From a virus (lineage: Duplodnaviria > Caudoviricetes): DNA of 55,601 nucleotides. The stretch lies in IMG/VR virus record IMGVR_UViG_3300048591_000469, positions 1-55,601 of that record, one strand, 5' to 3'. Positions within the stretch are counted from its first letter, which is position 1; each line of letters starts with the position of its first letter. Below the pieces are notes generated by a model. That model saw only the letters and a list, made by a program, of their open reading frames with translations. It ran no database searches and was not told where the DNA came from. The translations under genes and the position numbers were made by a program. Shown in pieces: positions 9,942 through 20,399 of this stretch.

Positions 9942-12900
9942 GAATCAATTCGAACGCAGCATCGACATTTCTGCGACCCGGGCGCGGGCTTCGGGCGGGT
10001 CCTCCATCGTGACCGCCCCGTCGGGCGGCGGCGGAACATACACGGCGGGCGACGGCATGCTGTTAACCGGGTCGGTCTTTTCGGTCAAGGCAACCGACCT
10101 GATCGGCGGGTCGCACGGCATCGAGGTCGTCAGTAATGATTTCCGCATCAAGCGGTCGACCGTTTCGGGATTGTCATTCGGCGGAACCGGCGGGCTGGAG
10201 ATCGCCGACAGCATCAAGGGCGACGGGCTAAACATCACCAGTAAAGTCCTGTCGGTCAAACTCAAGACACTGTCGGGCTTGGAGGTCAACGGCGACGGCA
10301 TCGCCATCGCCGATAGCATCAAGGGCGACGGGCTAAACTTCGCCAGCAAGGTCCTCTCGATCAAGCTCAAGACGCTGTCGGGCTTGGAAGTCGACACTAA
10401 CGGCTTGGCGGTCTGGGACGATCTGGCGGGCGAAGGGTTGACCATGAGCAGCAAGGTCCTCAACCTGACCCTCGCCGCCGTCGACCCGGGCTTAGTCATC
10501 GAGGACAGCGCCCTGCGCCTGGGGACGCCGGGTTCCTTGTCGGCGACGAGCGCCAACTCCCGAGCGGGCCTCACCCACTACCATGCGGTTACGGCAAGCG
10601 CCGACGTGCGGGCAGCGGTCGCCACGACCCTGCTCAAGGGCGACACTACGGGCAACCTGGGCCTCCGGGGCTTAGTTGTGGGCAACAACGACCTCCTGGT
10701 CGAATCCGACGTCATCGTCCCGCAGGGGCGGCTCTGGTTGAACCGGGGCGAAACCGTCGACAACCTGGCGACCCTGTTCGTCACCGCCCGCTCGGTAAGC
10801 TCGACCGAGTCGACCGTTCGCATTCGCCAACTGCCCGACCAGGAAGGGCGGATGCTTCGCATCGAGGACCAATACCAAAACGACCTGATCGTCGTCACCA
10901 ACCAGGGCGACCTCATGAGCGGCTACCCCGGATATGTCTCGGGGCAAACCGGCTGGATTGTCACCCATACCGGCTTCGCCGAATTCAACGACGTATTCGT
11001 CCGGGGCGAACTGCACGCTGTGACCTTCGTCGTGAACGAGGTGCATGCGATGGGCGGGTCGATGCTGGTGGCAACGGCGGGCATGCTCGACTCGGCGGTC
11101 GGGGCGGAATACGCCCTCGAAATCGAATCGGACGCGTCCCTCGAGGACCCGCAACTGCTCGAACTCGATGCCGACGTGAACCCGGTCGACGTCGGGGTCC
11201 TGGGCGTCGACGCCGACATTTATGCGTTCGACATCCGCAACCCGCCCTCGGGCAAAGCGCAGATCTTCTTCGAAGGCGAAATCATCCGGACGAAGTCGGT
11301 CTGGGAGCATGGCGTCAGCGACGGCTGGTTCGAGATTTACGAGGTCATCGACCAGGGCGACAAATTCCAGTATTGGGGAACGTTGCGACACGGCGGCGCA
11401 GGCTTTATGCCCGCCGGGGCGGCGGTCGTCTCCTACGGGTTCCCCGACGACGGGCGTATTTTCATGACGTCGGATTATCCCTATGCGCCCTACATCGACG
11501 TCTTCACGACCGGCGCAACGCCCTGGAATGGAACCGTCCCGCACCTGCGCCTGGGGCGGCTGGACGGCTTGGGCGCGTTGCCCGAGATCACGGTCGGCGT
11601 CAAAGAATACGGCATTGCGATGGGGTCGAACCTGTCCGACGACCAGGCTCCCTACGTCATCGTCTCGAACCGCCAAGCGATTTTCAACCGAGTCAACATC
11701 ACCAGCAAGGACGGCACATACAAGACGGGCTTCCTGGGTGCGGACGGCACATTTAAGCTCGGGACCAACATCGACGTCGCCGCGTCGACGGGCTTCGCGT
11801 TCGACCCGGCAACGGGCATCGTTCGCTTGGGCAAGGCGGGCGCGCAGCGGGTCGAGTGGAACCCGAACGTCGGCGGCGGAACCCTCACGCTGCAGGGCGA
11901 TTTCGTCATTGCGCCGGGAACCATCAATTACACAGATCTCAACGGCAAGCCGACCAGCCTGGACCAAATCCAGCCCGGGTCTAACGCCGAAATCGACAAC
12001 GCCCTCGACGAAGCCCTGGCGGGGCTTGCAGCTGCATCTGCAGCCCAGGCGACCGCCAATGCCGCGTCGTCGAGCGCCTCAACGGCCAATGACGGCGTCA
12101 CCACGATCAACGCAACCCTGGGACCCATCGCCTCCCGGGTCAACGCCCCGCCGTCGGGGCGGGGTCTGTTCCTCAACGCCGACCGCATGGGTTACTACGC
12201 CAACGGCGCATGGCGGACCTATATGGACGCCTACGGGAACTTCTACCTGAGCGGCGGCTATTCCGACAACTATCTGGAATGGGCGTCACCCAACCTGACC
12301 GACGCATTGTCACCCAAGCAACTCGAGATCAGCGGCGTCATTCAGGTCCTTTCGGGCAGCAACGTTTACAACAAAACCGAACTGACCAATGTCGACGGGA
12401 CGGGCATCGTCGACGTTGCGGTCGACGGGGCGCGCCAATTGGCGGGTCAATACGCCGACCGGCGCAGCCTGGTCGCCGTGCGCCAGTCGCCGGGTTTCGC
12501 CCTGGCGGGCAGCGACGGCAACACCCTCACCTGGACGGGGCTGACGGTTGTCCTGGGCGACGGGACGGTCATCACGGTTTCGGATTCGAGCGCCGGTCAC
12601 ATCCTCAACACCACGAACCGGACCCGGACCTCCTATTACATCACCGGCACGATCTACCTGGTCGTCGACGGCGCAAATGCCGATGGCGTCGTCACTACGC
12701 CTCAGAAGCTCCGCATCGTGACCAATACGGCGAACCTGACCGCCGGACGCATCGTCATTGCGGTCGCCGTCCCGAATACCGTCGACGAAGCCGCCAACCC
12801 CGACGCCCGGGCAAGTTTGCACATCATGGGCGGTCCGATTTTCATTGGCAACGGCTGGATTCGGGCGGGCGCAATTACGACCGCCAACCTGACCGCCGGG

Positions 12901-14025
12901 GCAGTCACCGCCAACAAGATCGCCGCCGGGGCGGTTGAAGCCGACAAGATTCTCGTCAACGGGGACATCACCTTCGCCAGCGGCGGCTATATCCGGGGCT
13001 ACACCGGCGCAGCCAAGACCTTTGGCAGCGGTGGGGCGGGTTTCTTCCTGGGGCATCACAGCGGCGCTTACAAGCTCGACGTCGGCGACAGCAATAACTA
13101 CCTGCGTTACAACGGCAGCGCCCTCACGCTCAAGGGGACCAATACCGCATTCGACCTGGTCGACACCGACCTGGTCCTGACCCAAACCAACGACAGCCAA
13201 GCGTTGATCACGCTCAAGACGACGACGCCGTCGACCCAGACCATGAATCTCAAGATGTTGGTCGGCAACCTCACCTATTACGAGGTCAACGCCTCGACCG
13301 GGGTCTGGAACGCAGCGGCGGCGATTTCCAATGCCAAGCAACTGCGGACCGACGGTCACATCGTCGCCAACTCCTGGGCGGGACAAAGCCCGGGCGGGAC
13401 CACCGGGCAGCGCATCGTCGGTTACGACGTTCACACTTACCTGGTGACGGCGAACATCGTCTCGGCCCAATTCGTGAGCGCCGAAACCTACCGGGTCCGC
13501 AAGAATCTCACGTTCCACCCGACCGCCGTCGTCACCGTCGAGGGCGTCAACGGGCTGCAGAACCTCAACCCCGAGAACATGTTCGGCGGCATCGAGCATG
13601 ACGTCACCGCCAACCTGAGCGGCAACTGGCAGACATTCAACGACACCCCGGTTAGTTACCTGCGCTACTATCGCATCGGGCGCTTGGTCCTGGTCTACGG
13701 TTGGGTCCAGACCAAGAATTCATCGCTGGGCTACAGCAACTTCCCGCGCACCCTGGCAACGGGTCTGCCGACCGCCGAACGGGACACCCGGGCGCTCGTG
13801 CGGGCGGCGCTCTACGATCCCGGCGTCCAATACCATACGGCGGTCGCGATGGCGTTTAACGTCTATATCCAGGGCGGCAGCGGGACCCTGCAAATCGAAC
13901 CGCCGCCCTTTACGTCGACGACCTGGGGAACGCAGGGCGGCAACCCGGCGACGCCCGGGTCCTGGGGCGGCAAGGTCGACTGCATGATCAACTTCTGCTA
14001 CATCACCGAAGCGGGCAACGTCTAA
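9934..14025 (+). CDS. Large tail fibre/central tail protein (~1363 aa)
   Basis: Start reassigned to ATG 9934. Contains TYTAGDGMLL, three ~33-aa repeats (IADSIKGDGLN..SKVLS.KLKTLSGLEV), AGAVTANKI repeats and a C-terminal YYRIGRLVLV fibre domain. Confidence 0.8.
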   Translation: MPKNQFERSIDISATRARASGGSSIVTAPSGGGGTYTAGDGMLLTGSVFSVKATDLIGGSHGIEVVSNDFRIKRSTVSGLSFGGTGGLEIADSIKGDGLNITSKVLSVKLKTLSGLEVNGDGIAIADSIKGDGLNFASKVLSIKLKTLSGLEVDTNGLAVWDDLAGEGLTMSSKVLNLTLAAVDPGLVIEDSALRLGTPGSLSATSANSRAGLTHYHAVTASADVRAAVATTLLKGDTTGNLGLRGLVVGNNDLLVESDVIVPQGRLWLNRGETVDNLATLFVTARSVSSTESTVRIRQLPDQEGRMLRIEDQYQNDLIVVTNQGDLMSGYPGYVSGQTGWIVTHTGFAEFNDVFVRGELHAVTFVVNEVHAMGGSMLVATAGMLDSAVGAEYALEIESDASLEDPQLLELDADVNPVDVGVLGVDADIYAFDIRNPPSGKAQIFFEGEIIRTKSVWEHGVSDGWFEIYEVIDQGDKFQYWGTLRHGGAGFMPAGAAVVSYGFPDDGRIFMTSDYPYAPYIDVFTTGATPWNGTVPHLRLGRLDGLGALPEITVGVKEYGIAMGSNLSDDQAPYVIVSNRQAIFNRVNITSKDGTYKTGFLGADGTFKLGTNIDVAASTGFAFDPATGIVRLGKAGAQRVEWNPNVGGGTLTLQGDFVIAPGTINYTDLNGKPTSLDQIQPGSNAEIDNALDEALAGLAAASAAQATANAASSSASTANDGVTTINATLGPIASRVNAPPSGRGLFLNADRMGYYANGAWRTYMDAYGNFYLSGGYSDNYLEWASPNLTDALSPKQLEISGVIQVLSGSNVYNKTELTNVDGTGIVDVAVDGARQLAGQYADRRSLVAVRQSPGFALAGSDGNTLTWTGLTVVLGDGTVITVSDSSAGHILNTTNRTRTSYYITGTIYLVVDGANADGVVTTPQKLRIVTNTANLTAGRIVIAVAVPNTVDEAANPDARASLHIMGGPIFIGNGWIRAGAITTANLTAGAVTANKIAAGAVEADKILVNGDITFASGGYIRGYTGAAKTFGSGGAGFFLGHHSGAYKLDVGDSNNYLRYNGSALTLKGTNTAFDLVDTDLVLTQTNDSQALITLKTTTPSTQTMNLKMLVGNLTYYEVNASTGVWNAAAAISNAKQLRTDGHIVANSWAGQSPGGTTGQRIVGYDVHTYLVTANIVSAQFVSAETYRVRKNLTFHPTAVVTVEGVNGLQNLNPENMFGGIEHDVTANLSGNWQTFNDTPVSYLRYYRIGRLVLVYGWVQTKNSSLGYSNFPRTLATGLPTAERDTRALVRAALYDPGVQYHTAVAMAFNVYIQGGSGTLQIEPPPFTSTTWGTQGGNPATPGSWGGKVDCMINFCYITEAGNV

Positions 14026-14183
14026 CGCCCGCCCCGGGTCCTTGTGCGGACCTTCTTCGGCAAAATGCAGGTCGCCGACATAAGAGCGATTGAACGGGAT
14101 CGTCGCCCCTGCTAACATTACCGGCAGGGTTAGTGACCCGCAGGATTGTCAAACGATATCAGCTATGCAAAAGGAGCAGTAAC

Positions 14184-14462
14184 ATGTCATCTCGCCGTCC
14201 TCCCACCAACAAGCCCGCTTCGACCCCGGCCCTGCCGAAGGTCGCCGCACCAGCCGCACCCCAAGCCGTCGACGCCAAAATGCGCCCGATTAAGTCGCTC
14301 GTCACCATCACCGGCGACGGTGAAATCGCCGCCGTCGGGCTGAACTCGGCGGCGTCGATTCTCAAGATGCTTGGGTATGTGAACCGCTTTTCGGCGGAAC
14401 TCCTCCAGGTCCTGGAAGTCGCCGAACCCGGCCAAAGCAACGGCGACGAACCGGCTCAGTAG
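14184..14462 (+). CDS. Hypothetical protein
   Basis: AAGGAG SD before ATG 14184; 92 aa. Confidence 0.6.
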   Translation: MSSRRPPTNKPASTPALPKVAAPAAPQAVDAKMRPIKSLVTITGDGEIAAVGLNSAASILKMLGYVNRFSAELLQVLEVAEPGQSNGDEPAQ

Positions 14463-14491
14463 TTATTCGCCCAGAAAGGGCGTGATGCGAC

Positions 14492-16765
14492 ATGGCGATT
14501 GTTACCCTAAAAATCACGGTACTCGACGAATTCACCGGGGCGATTGCGGCGGGCGATTGGATGTTTATCCACGACGCCGACGACCCGAACCCCAAGAATC
14601 GGTCCAAGCGTATCGATGCGACCCGTCTCGTTGTCCGCAGCGACGCTGATCGCCATGTCGAACTCTACCCGAGCGGGTCCGGGCTAGACACGACCGACCG
14701 CATGTCGGCGTTTCTGGTCTACGGCAACGAAGCCAGCCCGGGCGGGAACTATGGCTTAGATCAGGGCTACGCCAACAGTCGCCAGCGCACCCGTCTCTTC
14801 GCCCCGTCGGCGGGCGACGTGGTCCTGGCGACCCTCACCGGGACCACGCTGCAGAGCGGTTTCGCCGAACGCATCGTCGTGCGCGGCGACTCGGGCAAGG
14901 TCGGCATCGGGACCCACAGCCCGCCCGAACTCCTCAGCCTCAACGACACCACGCACCCCACGATTATCATTCAAGCGTCCGGCTCTGAACGCATCATGCT
15001 CGGCGCAGCGACCGCCGCCAACCGGCTCTTCACCGGGACCGCTTCGGGCGACTCGGTCCTGCGGGCGACCGGCGGCGCGCTGTGGCTCGGGTCCTATTCG
15101 ACCGACGAACTGGCGCTCCTGACCAACAGCATCCGGCGCATTCGCATTGACGGGTCAACGGGTTATGTCGGCATCGGTAACGCGCCGATTGCCAATCGTC
15201 AATTGGCGGTGCTTTTTCCGGGGGCGAGTATCCTCACCGTTCGTCCGACCGACGACACAACAAGCTCGGTCGCCATCTTTGAAGCGACGACCAACGGCAG
15301 CGATGTGATCGTCCAACTCTCCGCCCACGACACGACCCGCACGACGACCGTCTTCGGCCTCACGCTTGGCGGATGGGCTACGTTGAACGCCGGAGGAACC
15401 GGACTGCTCGGGCTGGCGCTTGGCACGTCAACCGCCGACCCGGTTGTCATTGCGACCAATAACCTCGAGCGTATCCGGGTCCTGAGTACGGGCGAAGTCG
15501 GCATCGGCATCACAAACCCCGCCCGCCTTCTCGTGGTCAACGGGGCGGCGAATCCCGCCATCTCCGTTGCGACCGGCGGCGCAGAAGTCGTCTCGTTGTC
15601 GGTCGCAACAGCCGCGACCAGTTGGTTCCCCGGCACAGTCATCGGCGATGGCGTCGTGCGCGCTATCACCGGCAACCTCTGGGTCGGGTCCTATGCCGCG
15701 TCGACCAAGCTCCATCTCGCCGCCGCCGCCAGCCCGGGAATCACGCTGGATGGGGCGACGGGCAACGTCGGCATTGGCACGACGACTCCCGCCAATCAGA
15801 TGCAGGTGAGAAGGGCGACGGGCAACGTCTCCCTTGCCATCGACGCCGACGAAGCGGCTAGTTTTGCCCAGTTGCTCGTCCGCAACGACCTGGGCGACTA
15901 TTTTCAATTTATCTCCTTCGGCAGCACAGATGCGGGCGCGACCCGCTTCGGGCTGGCTCGTCCGGCATTGGGCGAACTTTCAGGAAATGGCTTCCATACG
16001 ATGGTCGTCGGCACGCTTGATGCGTCGCCGCTCGTCCTCGGCACGAATAACGCCGAGCGTGTACGGATAACGTCGGACGGCGACGTCGGCATTGGCGTTG
16101 TGGCTCCGTCGGCAAAATTGCACGTTTCCGACGTCGGCGGGGCGACCATTCGGGTCGAACCGTCCGACAACACATCGGCCAGCACCGGGCAATTCCTCGC
16201 CGCAGCGAACGGCGGGGACAACAATGTCTATATGATCGCGCACGACACGACGCGCACACTCGCTCGGTCGGGCGTCACTTTGGGCGGCTGGACCGAAATC
16301 CTGGCGAACGGGGCAAATAATGCGGGCTTGCTGATCAACACTGCGGGCAACGACCCCATCGTCTTTGGCACAAATAACGCCGAGGAGATGCGTATTGCTG
16401 GCGACGGCAAGGTCGGCATTGGCACAAGCGCCCCGAAGACCATTCTGCACGTTTACGACGGCATCGGCGGGAAGATCTTCGGAACCCTCACGGCATTGGC
16501 GGGAACGGCGGCAACCATTCTTCCCAACGGGGCGGGCGACGTTACGAGTCATGTGATCGTGATCGCCCTCGTCAAGGACAGCAGCGGCAACACTGCCTGG
16601 AGCAACCAGTCGCTGATTGCGGTCAACGCCAACACAACAATCCATACCGTTTATTCGTCGCACGGCATCACGTTCACGGTCGGCTCGGACGGCGCATTCT
16701 CCATCTCACGCGTCGCGGGCAGCACCCGTACCTATAACGTCGTCTTTGAACTTTTATGGTTGTAG
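14492..16765 (+). CDS. Tail fibre with G(N/K/E/D)VGIG beta-repeats
   Basis: Repeated GKVGIGT/GEVGIG/GNVGIGT and TNN.ER.RI units over 757 aa. Confidence 0.75.
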   Translation: MAIVTLKITVLDEFTGAIAAGDWMFIHDADDPNPKNRSKRIDATRLVVRSDADRHVELYPSGSGLDTTDRMSAFLVYGNEASPGGNYGLDQGYANSRQRTRLFAPSAGDVVLATLTGTTLQSGFAERIVVRGDSGKVGIGTHSPPELLSLNDTTHPTIIIQASGSERIMLGAATAANRLFTGTASGDSVLRATGGALWLGSYSTDELALLTNSIRRIRIDGSTGYVGIGNAPIANRQLAVLFPGASILTVRPTDDTTSSVAIFEATTNGSDVIVQLSAHDTTRTTTVFGLTLGGWATLNAGGTGLLGLALGTSTADPVVIATNNLERIRVLSTGEVGIGITNPARLLVVNGAANPAISVATGGAEVVSLSVATAATSWFPGTVIGDGVVRAITGNLWVGSYAASTKLHLAAAASPGITLDGATGNVGIGTTTPANQMQVRRATGNVSLAIDADEAASFAQLLVRNDLGDYFQFISFGSTDAGATRFGLARPALGELSGNGFHTMVVGTLDASPLVLGTNNAERVRITSDGDVGIGVVAPSAKLHVSDVGGATIRVEPSDNTSASTGQFLAAANGGDNNVYMIAHDTTRTLARSGVTLGGWTEILANGANNAGLLINTAGNDPIVFGTNNAEEMRIAGDGKVGIGTSAPKTILHVYDGIGGKIFGTLTALAGTAATILPNGAGDVTSHVIVIALVKDSSGNTAWSNQSLIAVNANTTIHTVYSSHGITFTVGSDGAFSISRVAGSTRTYNVVFELLWL

Positions 16766-16777
16766 AAGGGCCTTACT

Positions 16778-17062
16778 ATGGGAAGTATTGTCATTGACAT
16801 CGGGCAGTCGACTACGCCCGACCCGGTGAATAACGCGAAGCTCCAGACCTGGGTTGACCTCGCCGTCACTGCCTGGGGCTGGCCTCCGCCGCCCAATGAG
16901 GACGGGACCCCGTCGGTCGCCGACACCCCGGAAGCGCGGCAAGAATTCGCCACAAAGGAACTTACGTCTTACCTGCGCGAGACGGCGAAGCAGGTCCGGC
17001 GTCGCCAGCTAAACGCGGACCGGGAAAATGCCATCACGGAACAAATCAATCAACTGGAATAG
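16778..17062 (+). CDS. Hypothetical protein (possible fibre chaperone)
   Basis: 94-aa ORF immediately after the fibre gene. Confidence 0.55.
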   Translation: MGSIVIDIGQSTTPDPVNNAKLQTWVDLAVTAWGWPPPPNEDGTPSVADTPEARQEFATKELTSYLRETAKQVRRRQLNADRENAITEQINQLE

Positions 17063-17082
17063 ACCGGACGGGTCCCCCCACG

Positions 17083-17271
17083 ATGAACGAAACCGAACAG
17101 GATGCGACCCTCCGGGACCACGAAACCCGCATCGTCCGCCTCGAAACTAAGCAACAATACGCAGAAGCTGCCGCCGCTCGCGTCCCGACCCTCTGGATCA
17201 TGGCGGTTTCCGCCGCGACCGGAATCATCGGGATGCTGGTCAGTTGGGTTCTGCAATGGAGAACGCCGTGA
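17083..17271 (+). CDS. Small membrane protein (XhlA/holin-like)
   Basis: DHETRIVRLE coiled coil plus one C-terminal hydrophobic helix. Confidence 0.6.
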   Translation: MNETEQDATLRDHETRIVRLETKQQYAEAAAARVPTLWIMAVSAATGIIGMLVSWVLQWRTP

Positions 17272-17672
17272 CCCACATCGCAAGTAGTGTATCCATCGAA
17301 CAAACCGCTTTTCTGTTCTGGTTCTGGGCGACGCTTTTCAGCTTTGCCCTAAGCGGGGCGGTCATGGGGCTATTGATCTACCACGTCACCGGCGACCTGC
17401 TCCCCGGGCTTCAGGGCGTCGCGTCCCTTTGGTTGGCGGTCGCTTTTTCAATGTTTATTTTGCTCCAGGTCCCTGTCCTGAACGGTTGGGTCGGTTGGAT
17501 TCTAGTCATCGAGCGCATCGCCTTCTTCGGGGCGACAACCGCCCACCTGCTGACCATCGACACCTATATGGCACGGTTGAACGGCAGGGTCGAACGTCTT
17601 CGAATTTGGTATTATTGGCTCAAGCTCAAGCGAGGATACGATGCAAGAGAAACGCCCAGAACCCGCTCTTAA
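17244..17672 (+). CDS. Membrane protein of the lysis cassette
   Basis: Three hydrophobic segments; start uncertain (possibly GTG 17268). Confidence 0.55.
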   Translation: MGSAMENAVTHIASSVSIEQTAFLFWFWATLFSFALSGAVMGLLIYHVTGDLLPGLQGVASLWLAVAFSMFILLQVPVLNGWVGWILVIERIAFFGATTAHLLTIDTYMARLNGRVERLRIWYYWLKLKRGYDARETPRTRS

Positions 17673-17937
17673 GGCGGGCGCAGTTACGGGTCTGATCGTC
17701 GCCGCCGTCGGTTCGGTCATCACGGCGATGGTCGCGTTAGGCGTGATTAGTTGGACCCCGCAGCAGCAGCAAGCGTTCGTTGCTGCCATGCTGGCGGTCG
17801 GGACAGCCATCGGGGCGGTCGCCCCATACGTCTCTGCCTGGTGGATTCGTTCCCGGGTGACGCCCGTCGACGACCCGAAGGATGACCTCGGTCGCCCGTT
17901 GCGCCCCGTCGTCGCGCCGGAAAGGTCCGCACCATGA
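17641..17937 (+). CDS. Holin
   Basis: Two transmembrane helices; WTPQQQ and IRSRVTPV motifs; overlaps the endolysin start. Confidence 0.75.
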   Translation: MQEKRPEPALKAGAVTGLIVAAVGSVITAMVALGVISWTPQQQQAFVAAMLAVGTAIGAVAPYVSAWWIRSRVTPVDDPKDDLGRPLRPVVAPERSAP

Positions 17938-19496
17938 CCGGCGTCGGAACCGTGAAGATTGGGTTGCACTATATCCCGATGCACGGTCGGCCCGAGGACA
18001 TGGATGCCGTCCGGGATTGTCCCGCCCCGAGCGTCAAGGTCGTCTATAGCAGCAGACCCGACGCAGACCATCTGCGCCGGGTTCACGACATGACCGGCGA
18101 CCGCTTGATTGTCATTCGTGACCATGCCATGAGCGAACAATACGACGACGTTCGCCGGGACCCCGCCGGGACGGGCAAGCGCCACGCGCAGGATTGGGCG
18201 AAGGTCCTCGACGCCATGCCCTGGTTGAACCGTCGGCGACTCATCCTCGAAGGCATCAACGAACCGCCGGTCTGGGAACCGCCCGGACCCGACCCCTGGG
18301 TCGAATACTACCTGGCCTTTGGCGACGAGAACCATCGCCTCGGCCAATATTGCGGGATTGGTGAATTGCCCGTCGGCTGGCCCGGGAATGGCGGCGTCCC
18401 GGACGCCCCGCAGGACTGGACGCCCTACCTCGCCTGGTTGACCTGGGTCCTGGACCATCCGGGCAACTTCCTGCACCTGCATGAGTATTGGGGTTATAAC
18501 CGGGGCGTTCGGTTCAACCTGGGCTGGTGGCTTGGCGGCTACCGCAGCATGCCCGTCAAGGTCCCGACCATGATCACCGAAATCGGCGGCTTGAAAGCGG
18601 TCCAGGACCGACTCGGCAATTGGGGACTAAACGCCCGGGACGGCTGGATGGGCGACACCGACGCTCACACTTACCTGGAGCAGGTCAAGGTCGCCAACGA
18701 GGAACTCGAGCGGGACCCCTACATTCACTCGGCCCATCTATTTTCAACCGATGGCGCTCACCCCTGGATCGAGGAATGCGACGCCGGTCCTATCAACGCA
18801 GCCTGGATCGATTACGCCCGGGCGCACGTCCCGGCCAAACCGTCAACGTTGCACCTGCCATCGCTCGTCGACGGACCCGCCAACCCGCCCGCCAACCCAG
18901 GAAACCCACCCATGACCTCGATCATCGAACCCGCCGCCGCCGCCGCCGTCTTGGACGTCGAATCCGGCGGCATCGGCTTTGACCGTGCGGGGCGACCCCG
19001 CATTCGCTTCGAAGCGCACATCTTCAGGACCGAACTTAAGAACCCCGCCTTGTTTGAGCAGCACTTCCGCCACAACGCCGAACGTCCCTGGACCCAACAG
19101 GAATGGCGGCGCAGCCCCAACGAACCCTGGCGGGCAGTCCACGTCACACTCGGCGACCTCACCGCCAATAACGAGGCGCAATGGGAAGTGTTCAACTTCG
19201 CCCGGTCGCTCAACGCCGAAGCTGCCGCCCGGTCCATTTCCGTCGGGGCGGGACAGATCATGGGCTTCAACGCCCAACGGGTCGGCTACGCATCCGCCCA
19301 ACACATGCTCGAAGCGTTCGGCGAGTCGATGGGGCATCAGATGATCGGCTTTTTCAACTATATCCTGTCGGACCCCAACCTCCTGACCGCCATGCGGAAC
19401 CGGGACTGGCTGACCATCGCCCGTCTCTACAACGGGACCGGCCAAGCGGAATACTACGCCGATCTCATCCGCAAGAAATACGACGAGCTAAACTAA
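17934..19496 (+). CDS. Endolysin: glycoside-hydrolase-like N-domain plus N-acetylmuramidase (DUF3380-type) C-domain
   Basis: C-domain VESGG, IRFEAHIF, SVGAGQIMGFN, ARLYNG; N-domain GINEP and LHEYW; Pro-rich linker. Confidence 0.85.
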   Translation: MTGVGTVKIGLHYIPMHGRPEDMDAVRDCPAPSVKVVYSSRPDADHLRRVHDMTGDRLIVIRDHAMSEQYDDVRRDPAGTGKRHAQDWAKVLDAMPWLNRRRLILEGINEPPVWEPPGPDPWVEYYLAFGDENHRLGQYCGIGELPVGWPGNGGVPDAPQDWTPYLAWLTWVLDHPGNFLHLHEYWGYNRGVRFNLGWWLGGYRSMPVKVPTMITEIGGLKAVQDRLGNWGLNARDGWMGDTDAHTYLEQVKVANEELERDPYIHSAHLFSTDGAHPWIEECDAGPINAAWIDYARAHVPAKPSTLHLPSLVDGPANPPANPGNPPMTSIIEPAAAAAVLDVESGGIGFDRAGRPRIRFEAHIFRTELKNPALFEQHFRHNAERPWTQQEWRRSPNEPWRAVHVTLGDLTANNEAQWEVFNFARSLNAEAAARSISVGAGQIMGFNAQRVGYASAQHMLEAFGESMGHQMIGFFNYILSDPNLLTAMRNRDWLTIARLYNGTGQAEYYADLIRKKYDELN

Positions 19497-19627
19497 CCGG
19501 CCACAAAACCCACAGAACGGCCCAGGACGGGCGTTCCACCCCGCCCAGGACGAAATACACACGGCACAACGCCAGCGGCGCTACGGACCCCGCTGGCGTT
19601 GTCGTGCCAGGGTCTATGTGCGGACCT

Positions 19628-19661
19628 TTTACGGCGACCCTGCGGGCGCTATAATAGGGGC
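19628..19661 (+). promoter_or_regulatory. Putative promoter for a leaderless transcript
   Basis: TTTACG-16 nt-TATAAT(19650-19655), with ATG 6 nt downstream. Confidence 0.5.
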
Positions 19662-20078
19662 ATGCCGCAAGCGTCAATTTTAGAAGCGATGTTCTACGTC
19701 TTTCTAGGCGTCGGGCTTGGCTACGTCCTCGCCCTCCGCAGACCCCCTGCAGACCCCTCTCGGCAACGGAGGCGGAAATTCGACCTGGGGAGCGTCGCTG
19801 TGCCTCCGACCCCGCCGACGTCGCCCGCCATAGACCCCTTGCAGCGCGAGTACGAGGACGCGTTGACGCTCTTGCGGCTGGCCTATGGCGGCGGCATATT
19901 TTCAAGGCGCACGGTCGACATGCCCGAACGTCGCTGGCGCGCCGCATACCGACTCCTTCGCAACGCCCGGGTCGTCGTCAACGGTGAAGTCGCCGATCTG
20001 ACCTACCTCGAAGCGGTCGACCAGTTGCAGGGCTATTGCCTGATGGCCCGCAACCCGCGCTTCGTGCGCCCCGGTTGA
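19662..20078 (+). CDS. Membrane-anchored hypothetical protein (moron-like)
   Basis: N-terminal transmembrane helix; has its own candidate promoter. Confidence 0.6.
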   Translation: MPQASILEAMFYVFLGVGLGYVLALRRPPADPSRQRRRKFDLGSVAVPPTPPTSPAIDPLQREYEDALTLLRLAYGGGIFSRRTVDMPERRWRAAYRLLRNARVVVNGEVADLTYLEAVDQLQGYCLMARNPRFVRPG

Positions 20079-20096
20079 CCCCTTCCCCACTGCCAC

Positions 20097-20130
20097 AAAA
20101 AACGGGGACGCGTCCCCACGCGTCCCCGCC
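20097..20130 (-). terminator. Intrinsic terminator of the leftward operon
   Basis: A6 followed by CGGGGACGCGT-CCCC-ACGCGTCCCCG at the convergence of + and - genes. Confidence 0.75.
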
Positions 20131-20177
20131 CTCTGGTGGATTGTCAACCGATTCACCCCGGAAAGTAGCAGGGGAGA

Positions 20178-20393
20178 TCAGGTCCCGCGCGCAAACATTA
20201 CAACGGCCCATGCCAGCCCCGCCAGCATCAGCCCGAACAGCATCAATTCGCACCCCAATCGGAACCCGGTCGACCGGGTCCGGTAGGGCTTCACCGCCGG
20301 ACGCCGGGACCAGACCCTGCCGGACCAGACCCCTATCCACATCAAGCCGACCAGGGCGACGGCTATTTCTAGGGGCGTTATTTGGGGCGTCAT
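20178..20393 (-). CDS. Small two-TM membrane protein
   Basis: GGAGG SD; two hydrophobic helices. Confidence 0.6.
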   Translation of the reverse strand: MTPQITPLEIAVALVGLMWIGVWSGRVWSRRPAVKPYRTRSTGFRLGCELMLFGLMLAGLAWAVVMFARGT

Positions 20394-20399
20394 GACGAG

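Noticed and set aside
9934-16765. Diversity-generating retroelement or invertible fibre cassette
   Set aside because: No reverse transcriptase, no template/variable repeat pair and no adjacent invertase seen.
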